Source: an uncultured Planctomycetia bacterium
GTDB taxonomy: Bacteria; Omnitrophota; Gorgyraeia; 2-02-FULL-51-18
Direction of reading: 5' to 3'
Assembly: GCA_964486835.1 (NCBI GenBank)
Contig: CAZAPB010000001.1
Span: 1 to 33,821 of the forward strand
DNA length: 33,821 nt
Shown here: in pieces, positions 9,148-15,858 of the stretch
Numbering within the stretch: position 1 is the first letter of the stretch
Layout: each line of letters begins with the position of its first letter
Position numbers and translations under genes: made by a program
Notes under the pieces: generated by a model
Told to the model about the DNA's origin: nothing
What the model saw: the letters and a program-made list of their open reading frames with translations, nothing else
Databases searched by the model: none

Positions 9148-9154
9148 TAAGTTA
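8783..9154. repeat. tandem direct repeat unit 2 (372 bp)
   Basis: See unit 1. The 91-nt spacer and the leader-coding parts are unique to each copy. Confidence 0.85.
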
Positions 9155-9200
9155 AGGGGGCTAGGGCACGTTAAGGTTATATTGCTTGAGGGATAAAATT

Positions 9201-9232
9201 GTGCTTCTTGAAATAGAACAGAAAAGAAGCAC
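9201..9232 (+). terminator. weak hairpin downstream of the duplicated pilin genes (possible partial terminator or attenuator)
   Basis: 9-bp perfect stem GTGCTTCTT (9201-9209) / AAGAAGCAC (9224-9232) with a 14-nt loop. No T-tract follows, so it is not a canonical intrinsic terminator. Confidence 0.25.
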
Positions 9233-9323
9233 GGGAAAGGGTTTATAGATGAGTGCATAGTAGCGTTCGAACGTAATTAACTAATATATTTAATAGATTG
9301 GCGAGTTAGTCGTCTATACGCGG

Positions 9324-9770
9324 ATGAAAGTTAGCATGAAAAACCATCGAACAGAATTTGGTTTTACGCTTATGGAGATCATGATTGCGATAGCAGTTAT
9401 GAGTACGATGGTTGGACTAGCGATTCCTTTGTATTCTTCAACAATCGAGGCATCGCGTTCAAATGAAGCCAAGGCCAATCTTTACACAATCTACATGGCT
9501 GAAAAAGTTTATCGGTTGAATAACGACTACTGTTATCCATACAGCGCCACACCGGTGACAAATATTGCCTTAATCAACAACAACCTTAATATCGAAATAA
9601 GCTCTCAATATTATACAATTGAACTTTTTTCGAATACACTCTCAGGTAGTCTAGCGGGATTTACCGCGACAGCAAAAAGAAATAATGCTGGAGCTAAAAT
9701 TTTTACATTGACATACGCAGGGAGTGCTGATACCGCTACTCCATCAATAGTTGAGACGGGAAGTTATTAG
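9324..9770 (+). CDS. type IV pilin-like protein (third pilin, distinct sequence)
   Basis: Prepilin motif EFG|FTLMEIMIAIAVMSTMVGLAIPLY. The ATG at 9336 is an alternative start. Confidence 0.85.
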   Translation: MKVSMKNHRTEFGFTLMEIMIAIAVMSTMVGLAIPLYSSTIEASRSNEAKANLYTIYMAEKVYRLNNDYCYPYSATPVTNIALINNNLNIEISSQYYTIELFSNTLSGSLAGFTATAKRNNAGAKIFTLTYAGSADTATPSIVETGSY

Positions 9771-9773
9771 AAA

Positions 9774-10892
9774 ATGAAATTTTGTCTTATGCGCCGCCGT
9801 GGTTTGTTAATTATATTGTTCTTTTTTGTTTTAGGCCATACGGATTACGGTTGGGCTGTACCGCAGGCAGAGAAAATTAATTTGTCCACAGAATATGTGT
9901 CGCCATTCGGGGATTATCAGGAGATGATGGTCCGCGATACGATGACTGTCGGAGAGTCGACGACCGCTACGGCGATAGCGACCATTCATGGCAATGTGTC
10001 GGTGGTTAAAGGCGTTTTTCAGGTGGATGACACCTTCAACGTGGATAGTAAGACATTGGCGAATTACGCTAACACTGTTGGCCAGAATTATTGGTTTGGT
10101 ATTAATATTGCCGTTTTGCAGAATGGACTGCCTCGGGCGGAGTTTGAGGTCAACGGCGATATATTCGCGGGGATGTTCCGCGCTTCGCCATCGCTGGCCG
10201 ATTCATCGGTTGATCAGGATACATTATTGTATTTTGGACCAACTGACGATGCCAACGCTGATGGCGTTGCCAGCGGCACATTTGATGATTTTGCTGTGCG
10301 CATGGGGGCGTACTCAGGCCAGAATAGTGCTGATGTTACTAACTATCCGGGAGGTTGGAATGATCCCCGGAGCGTATGCCGCATTAATGGTAGCCCGCAC
10401 ATAGTGATCAATTGCATAGGAAGTGATCCGGCTTTTAGCAACGATGTTGAATTTTCCTCAGGGAATGTAGGCATTGCTACCACGAACCCCCAATATAAAC
10501 TTCAAATCGGCAATCCCTCCGGCGCGGGCAGTGGATTGTATGCTGTGGGCCACCGCTGGGCAGGTTGGAGCTCGCGGGAATACAAGAAGGATATCACGCC
10601 ATTCACCACTAAAGATATTAACGGTATTTTTTTAAAGATCAGCGATCTTAATGTTGTGAGGTATCGCTACAAAGGAGCCAAAGAATTGGATCGTCTTCGT
10701 ATGGGTGTGTTGGCGGAGGAAGCTCCACAAGAGATAGTCACCGCCGATGGCAAAGGGGTGGACAGCATGAGCGTCATTGGATTTTTAGTCGCCGGTATCC
10801 GGGCCTTGAATGAGCAAAACATAGCTCTCGAAAAGCAGATCGCGGAGCTGGAGATTCGCGTTAACGGCGGTTCTGCTTTGGGGAAAATATGA
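9774..10892 (+). CDS. secreted tail-fibre-like protein A with a C-terminal peptidase S74 intramolecular-chaperone auto-processing domain
   Basis: Signal peptide (cleavage about GWA|VPQ). NVGIATTNPQYKLQIG motif. S74-type C-terminus from S266 (nt 10569): SSREYKKDITPF...VVRYRYK...MGVLAEEAPQEIV...VIGFLVAGIRALNEQNIALEKQIAELE. Confidence 0.85.
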   Translation: MKFCLMRRRGLLIILFFFVLGHTDYGWAVPQAEKINLSTEYVSPFGDYQEMMVRDTMTVGESTTATAIATIHGNVSVVKGVFQVDDTFNVDSKTLANYANTVGQNYWFGINIAVLQNGLPRAEFEVNGDIFAGMFRASPSLADSSVDQDTLLYFGPTDDANADGVASGTFDDFAVRMGAYSGQNSADVTNYPGGWNDPRSVCRINGSPHIVINCIGSDPAFSNDVEFSSGNVGIATTNPQYKLQIGNPSGAGSGLYAVGHRWAGWSSREYKKDITPFTTKDINGIFLKISDLNVVRYRYKGAKELDRLRMGVLAEEAPQEIVTADGKGVDSMSVIGFLVAGIRALNEQNIALEKQIAELEIRVNGGSALGKI

Positions 10893-12109
10893 AAAGAATT
10901 TTCTCGGCCGCTATGCCAGTGGCTGGTTTACTAATTTTCAATCTTGTTTTTTGCGCGGCCCTCTCAGCGGCCCAGGTTGAGCTTTATGCGTGTTTTGCGG
11001 CGCCGTATGGCTATTATAAAGCTTTGAAGTCACTAACGACCTTTCGTATTGGTGTAGCAGGCGCTCCCGCGACCAACGTCGTTTTTAATGGGGGCAATAC
11101 GACCGCAGACCCCGCGACTGTTCTATACGTAAGAAATAATGGTCTTCACCCGTGGCAGAGCGGCACGCCTAGCGGCGGAAATCTGATGATAAACGGTGAT
11201 TTCAATGTTTTGGACGCAAGCGCGCAATCTCTGTTTTATATTGATAGTGTCAATAATCGTGTGGGGATCGGAACTAGCAGTCCTGGAGCCACCTTGGAGG
11301 TGCGGCCTAATAACGGTTTTGGTGCCGGGATAACGGCTCTTGACCAAAGCGATATAAAATCGTTGGTTATTGCGGGACACGAGAACACTGTGGATTATAC
11401 CAAGCCTTGGGTGGAGATGAGGGCCCAGTTCAACGCCCCTGATTCTACGATTCAAACAGTAGCAAATCCGCTTAACTTGGCGTCTTTTGGAGGGGTGGGC
11501 AATAATAGCTTGAGCAAACCGTACACCTATTATTGGACAACCACTCATCTTGACGGAGCACCGGTACTGTTTCAGTCGATCAACAAATCTGCCTCAGGGG
11601 TAACCGCCGGCGGCGGATACGGGCAGGTTGTGATACGCGGTTATTACAATAGCGCTACAACAGGCCCAAACCCACGGGTTGCTTCCAACGCAGTTTTGGT
11701 GGTTGGTGAGCCTAATCCTGTTGTGTACGCGCCCCCTTATGTGACTGCCCCCAGCTACACACCGCAGTGCCGTGGTTGGTCCTTTGCCGCTTTTTCATCA
11801 CGTGATTATAAGCAGGACATCAAGCCTTTAACTCTTGCTGATTATCAGGGTTATTTGTGTTTGCTGGCTGGCGCAAACTTGGTTGGTTATCATTATAAAG
11901 GAGAATCCGTTGACAGTAAGCTTCATACCGGATTTGTCACTGAAGAGGCTCCAAGGGAAATCGTGACTGAGGATGGAATCGCGATCAGTTTGCAGGATGA
12001 GGGCGGTTTGCTGTTGGCATCGCTCAAAGCGGTAAAAATGGAAAATGACGGCATCGCCAAACGAATCGAAAAGCTAAAACAATGCGCTTCTCAAAACGCG
12101 TCACGATAA
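10889..12109 (+). CDS. secreted tail-fibre-like protein B with a C-terminal peptidase S74 intramolecular-chaperone domain
   Basis: ATGA overlap with A. Signal peptide (SAA|QVE). RVGIGTSSPGATLEV motif. S74 module from S303 (nt 11795): SSRDYKQDIKPL...LVGYHYKG...TGFVTEEAPREIVT...LLLASLKAVKMEND. Confidence 0.85.
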   Translation: MKRIFSAAMPVAGLLIFNLVFCAALSAAQVELYACFAAPYGYYKALKSLTTFRIGVAGAPATNVVFNGGNTTADPATVLYVRNNGLHPWQSGTPSGGNLMINGDFNVLDASAQSLFYIDSVNNRVGIGTSSPGATLEVRPNNGFGAGITALDQSDIKSLVIAGHENTVDYTKPWVEMRAQFNAPDSTIQTVANPLNLASFGGVGNNSLSKPYTYYWTTTHLDGAPVLFQSINKSASGVTAGGGYGQVVIRGYYNSATTGPNPRVASNAVLVVGEPNPVVYAPPYVTAPSYTPQCRGWSFAAFSSRDYKQDIKPLTLADYQGYLCLLAGANLVGYHYKGESVDSKLHTGFVTEEAPREIVTEDGIAISLQDEGGLLLASLKAVKMENDGIAKRIEKLKQCASQNASR

Positions 12110-13305
12110 ATATACTGCTTGTGATGGCGCTCATTGCGCTCTACTCCGGCAAAGATTCTTTCGCGAATATTGTCTTAAAAGCTTATTATCCGGTTCCATA
12201 CGGTGAATATCAGAATGCGATTGTTCGAGGTAAATTGGTGGTAGGCACTCAGTATCCGCGGCCGCAAACACCAGCTGCAGCTGATCCATATGCAATCGAC
12301 GACAGCTCCGCCATTCCCAGCAAAACCGATATTTTCGGTAATTTGACCAGCAATGGGAATGTGACCGTCACCAATGGACTGGTCAGGATCAATCCCGGGT
12401 TTGGGCCATACGGTAAGGACGGACTTCGTGTTTCCAATGGCATCAGCGGGGCAACGAGTAAAGTCATGGTAGGTAGTGACGATACCGAAGACAGGAAGGA
12501 CACTAACTCTGCCACCAATACTCAACCGTTTACCCGCAGGGGAACAGCCCGATTTAAAGCGAATGCCGTTTTGGCGGGCCAAAATCTATATGCGGTGGAT
12601 TATACGTCAAGCGGTTGCTTATATCAAGGTGCCATTCGTCGCCTTTACGGACGCATACGCGGCTACACTGATACCACAAGGACCCCTGGGGTATTGCAGA
12701 AGAAAGGTATGTTTTACGGCAAGTGGTTCAGGGCCGACAAATTGCCCAATGATTTTACGGTGCCACCCGGTGATATTACGGCCGCACAACATTGGGCGGC
12801 GTTAAGGATAGATGGTTATTACGTGCGTCTGGGTCAGAAAATGGTAGATCGAGCGGTATCCACAGAGGGGCTCATGAACACAGTTCTTATTGGCACGAGG
12901 AAACCCGATCCTACGGTGACACGTGCTGAGTCCCTTTTTCTGCAAGTGGGTACCCCAAATACCAGAGCACAGCTGGCCAGGGGTGATTTTTGTGTATTTA
13001 GCTCACGGGAGTTCAAAAAAGACATCACACCTTTTTCACCCAAGCAATATGCCGATGCTTTGCAAAAAATTTCACACACCCCCGTGTACCGCTTTCGTTT
13101 AAAAGCCGATCCCGCTGAAACAATGCCTAGAGTGGGATTGATCGCCGAGGATTCTCCCGCAGAACTGTTGACTATTGAAAAAAATGCCGTGGATATTTCT
13201 GATGCCAATGGATTTTTATTGGCGGCGCTCAAAGGGCTCAAGATCAAGAATGATGATCTTAAAATAAGGCTTGAAAAAAAAAAGAAAAAATACAAGGCTC
13301 TGTAG
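12082..13305 (+). CDS. secreted tail-fibre-like protein C with a C-terminal peptidase S74 intramolecular-chaperone domain
   Basis: 28-nt overlap with B. Signal peptide (SFA|NIV). S74 module from S307 (nt 13000): SSREFKKDITPF...PVYRFRLK...VGLIAEDSPAELLT...GFLLAALKGLKIKNDDLKIRLE. Confidence 0.85.
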   Translation: MRFSKRVTINILLVMALIALYSGKDSFANIVLKAYYPVPYGEYQNAIVRGKLVVGTQYPRPQTPAAADPYAIDDSSAIPSKTDIFGNLTSNGNVTVTNGLVRINPGFGPYGKDGLRVSNGISGATSKVMVGSDDTEDRKDTNSATNTQPFTRRGTARFKANAVLAGQNLYAVDYTSSGCLYQGAIRRLYGRIRGYTDTTRTPGVLQKKGMFYGKWFRADKLPNDFTVPPGDITAAQHWAALRIDGYYVRLGQKMVDRAVSTEGLMNTVLIGTRKPDPTVTRAESLFLQVGTPNTRAQLARGDFCVFSSREFKKDITPFSPKQYADALQKISHTPVYRFRLKADPAETMPRVGLIAEDSPAELLTIEKNAVDISDANGFLLAALKGLKIKNDDLKIRLEKKKKKYKAL

Positions 13306-13702
13306 AGGGCTTTCCGTCAGCGACGAGCGAGGATTTTCGCTTATGGAGCTGATGGTGGCAACAATGCTACTTGTTACGATGGTAGTCTGTGTTTATGCAA
13401 CGGTGATGACGTCCCTGCGGTTGCTCAAGCCTCAGCCGACTGTAGCTATGGACCTTGCCAGGCAGAAGATGGAACAATTGTATGAGGCGATACGCGGAGA
13501 CTGGTGGGGTGACGTCAGCACTAATTTTCACCCATTGAGAGTTGGAGGAACCGTCGGTGATGCATTAAAAAGCAACTACACAGATGCGGTAACGCTCGAC
13601 GGTATAACTTATACGCGAAGCTATATCGTCGAGAAAATTAACAATAATATCGGCGTCGAACGATATCGTCGCGTTAAGGTGACTGTCTCATGGCCAGACT
13701 AG
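13271..13702 (+). CDS. pilin-like minor subunit (PilV/GspI-like); start uncertain
   Basis: Prepilin motif ERG|FSLMELMVATMLLVTMVV and a C-terminus RRVKVTVSWP. The only canonical start upstream of the cleavage motif is TTG at 13271, which lies inside an A10 tract and overlaps the end of fibre gene C. Confidence 0.7.
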   Translation: MKKKRKNTRLCRGLSVSDERGFSLMELMVATMLLVTMVVCVYATVMTSLRLLKPQPTVAMDLARQKMEQLYEAIRGDWWGDVSTNFHPLRVGGTVGDALKSNYTDAVTLDGITYTRSYIVEKINNNIGVERYRRVKVTVSWPD

Positions 13703-14307
13703 CGCTATTCAAGAACAAAAAAGGTTTTACTCTGACGGAAATCTTGATTGTGAGCGTGTTGCTTGGTGTAGTTTTTTTTTCCTGCACAACCGCGTATATT
13801 GCTGTCTTGAGAGTATTTGAGGATTTAAAGAAGAATGCTGACAACGCAGATATTTTTTATGGGTATCAATCAATAACGCGGAAAATCAGTGTGGCACACG
13901 AGGCTGAGATTTCGGTTGACCATCAGCAGATCAAACTAAGGGTTGATTATCCACAGAATTCAATCATCTGCAATGGAACACCGGGAGTCAAGGGTGATGA
14001 CACTTGGGTAAAATATAGGATAGACTCAAACGGTAGGACAGGGATAGACTCAAACAGAATTTATTGGAGCTGGGATGTAGCGCAGGCCGGAGATGTTGTT
14101 CCCAGCGATGCTGAGCATGGCAGTAATCAGGTCGCGGCTGGTCTTGTAATCAAGAGCGGCAGCGGCTCAGGCTTTTTTTTAACAAACGTAACAGGTGCTG
14201 GAAACCCCACAGTTGTCAATGTAAAGCTTGTGGCGCTAATAGGAACACCTATTAGAGAAGTAGCTTACGACACTAGTGTGGCGATTGGCTGTATGGCGAA
14301 AAACTAA
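13690..14307 (+). CDS. pilin-like minor subunit (PilW/GspJ-like)
   Basis: Prepilin motif KKG|FTLTEILIVSVLLGVVFF. 13-nt overlap with the upstream gene. Confidence 0.8.
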   Translation: MARLALFKNKKGFTLTEILIVSVLLGVVFFSCTTAYIAVLRVFEDLKKNADNADIFYGYQSITRKISVAHEAEISVDHQQIKLRVDYPQNSIICNGTPGVKGDDTWVKYRIDSNGRTGIDSNRIYWSWDVAQAGDVVPSDAEHGSNQVAAGLVIKSGSGSGFFLTNVTGAGNPTVVNVKLVALIGTPIREVAYDTSVAIGCMAKN

Positions 14308-14310
14308 AAA

Positions 14311-14802
14311 ATGAAATCCTGCAGATCTCTAAGAAGTCAAAATGGTGTGGCTTTGATAGTGGCCATGTTGGTTATTATTATGATGTCTTCTATGGCCGCT
14401 GTGGTGTATATGCCTGGCGCATCTGCGAAGTTTGGAATGGGCCCTATCAGCTCTCTTTCTTTTCACACGTTCAAGGTAGTTCGCATGCTGAGTTCTGGCC
14501 GAGAGCTAGCGCTCTATCGTGCGCGCGCAGGCATGGTCGATGCGCAAGAAAGAATGAGGACTAACTATCTTACTTTGGATTCCGGCGGACCTCTTACAAC
14601 TTGGGCAAACATAGGCAGCTTGGCCGCGCCGAAGTACAATTTTATAATCAATAATTATTCGGTGTGTCAACAGGTTAAAACTACGCTCCGCGATGATTAT
14701 GCCTATGTGGCGGCAGGCGTGCCGGACTCGGTGCCTACTAGCGGTACCTATGGATGCAGACTTATTACCGTAACAGGTCAAGAGTTTTTTCAGACGAATT
14801 AA
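14311..14802 (+). CDS. PilX/GspK-like minor pilin-associated protein
   Basis: PilX_N-like N-terminus QNGVALIVAMLVIIMMSSMAAVV without a G|F(T/S)L(x)E cleavage motif. Last gene of the co-directional block. Confidence 0.65.
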   Translation: MKSCRSLRSQNGVALIVAMLVIIMMSSMAAVVYMPGASAKFGMGPISSLSFHTFKVVRMLSSGRELALYRARAGMVDAQERMRTNYLTLDSGGPLTTWANIGSLAAPKYNFIINNYSVCQQVKTTLRDDYAYVAAGVPDSVPTSGTYGCRLITVTGQEFFQTN

Positions 14803-14914
14803 TATATTATTTTTGTGTATTTGGTATCACATAGAATGATATTATGTGCAGTGAGTTGTAGGGCATTGCTGTTATCTAGTTTTATAGTCCAGGCATAAGG
14901 AAGACTGAAAATCT

Positions 14915-15691
14915 ATGGTAAAAAAAACTTGGAATATTTTTTTCGTTGTTGTCGTGACGGTCATTTTCGCGCTGACATCCTACATGCTTTACTCAGATGC
15001 GCAAAAACAAAAAAGTTTGAGGATTAAGAAAGAAACGGAGCTCTCTGCTAAAATTGTTGAGCTCGCGGAGATTCAGGAGCAGATTAAGCGAGTGACTGCT
15101 CAGCGCAACGAGATTGAAAGTCGCCTTAATTATAAGGTCGCCAGCCTTGAGGCCTCGATGAAGGATTCTGACGTGACGATCAAGTCTCAAGCTGAAAAGC
15201 TCGATGCTTTGAGCGAAGAGAGTGTAACGCTTCGCAAAGACATTGAGGATGGGGAAAAGAAGATAGCGGAGTTTGCCCGCAGAGCTCAGACTTTGGAAAA
15301 AGAAAAGACCGCATTGACCGCTAAGCTCAAAGAATTTGAGGGTAATCAGCCAGAGGTTGCCGATGAAAAAGAGAACGATTTAAATTCCGGCGGAGGGATT
15401 GACTGGACCGCGGATATGGATACGGTTGATCTCGGAAAGATCGTGGTACAAAAAATGTCTGGTAAAGCCGCTCTGGTTCAGCATGTGGACTCTCTCTATG
15501 GTTTTATTGTGATCAATGCCGGGAAAGAAGATGGAATGACCCCGAATATGGTCGTCAATATTCTTCGCAATAAAAAGATGATCGGCAGGGCCGTGGTGCA
15601 AAAGACTGAGAAGAACGTCTCTGCTGCTGTGGTGTTGCCGCGTTGGACCCGAGGCGAAATCAAGGAAGGCGATGTTGTCAGCCGCTTTTAG
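14915..15691 (+). CDS. membrane-anchored coiled-coil protein with a C-terminal beta-rich domain (function unknown)
   Basis: N-terminal TM helix (IFFVVVVTVIFALTSYMLY), about 130 aa of heptad-like E/K/L-rich sequence, then GKIVVQKMSGKAALV...FIVINAGKEDGMTPNMVVNILRNKKMIGRAVVQK...IKEGDVV, an MreC/SH3-barrel-like pattern. This is tentative. Confidence 0.6.
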   Translation: MVKKTWNIFFVVVVTVIFALTSYMLYSDAQKQKSLRIKKETELSAKIVELAEIQEQIKRVTAQRNEIESRLNYKVASLEASMKDSDVTIKSQAEKLDALSEESVTLRKDIEDGEKKIAEFARRAQTLEKEKTALTAKLKEFEGNQPEVADEKENDLNSGGGIDWTADMDTVDLGKIVVQKMSGKAALVQHVDSLYGFIVINAGKEDGMTPNMVVNILRNKKMIGRAVVQKTEKNVSAAVVLPRWTRGEIKEGDVVSRF

Positions 15692-15858
15692 ATATTGTGG
15701 CCACTCACCGTTCGCTCAACAAGCTTGAGTTCAAGGCGCATATGAGTATCCACAATTTTATCAGTGTTTCTGAGCATGAGACTCACCAGTCGTGGGCGTT
15801 CACTCGAGACCGTTTTGGAAAAATACACCTTCTAATCGACGAGCAGGGGAGTGGGCGA

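Noticed and set aside
8320-9154. The pilin repeat pair as a DGR template/variable-repeat pair or a CRISPR-like array
   Set aside because: The copies are identical, with no A-specific substitutions, and no reverse transcriptase is nearby. There are only two long units (372 bp), and both are complete coding sequences.
9263-9272. CGTTCGAACG palindrome and surrounding sequence considered as a tRNA T-arm or tRNA gene
   Set aside because: No acceptor, D or anticodon arms can be built around it. It is a short palindrome in an AT-rich spacer. I found no convincing tRNA or rRNA anywhere in the window.
9988-10404. 138-aa alternative-frame ORF inside fibre gene A, and similar antisense ORFs at 11123-11548, 12175-12582 and 12834-13295
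   Set aside because: They are Arg/Cys/Trp-rich translations typical of off-frame reading of a real gene, with no independent signals. The primary frames carry clear domain motifs.
9774-13305. Interpretation of the three S74 tail-fibre-like genes as a prophage remnant
   Set aside because: No capsid, portal, terminase, baseplate, integrase or att-like repeats are anywhere in the window. All three proteins have Sec signal peptides, which phage tail fibres lack. They are translationally coupled to each other and lie in-line with the pilin and minor-pilin genes on the same strand.
14836-14856. Hairpin CACATA-9 nt-TATGTG after the last pilus gene, considered as the operon terminator
   Set aside because: The stem is only 6 bp and AT-rich, and no T-tract follows. 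This is too weak to call.
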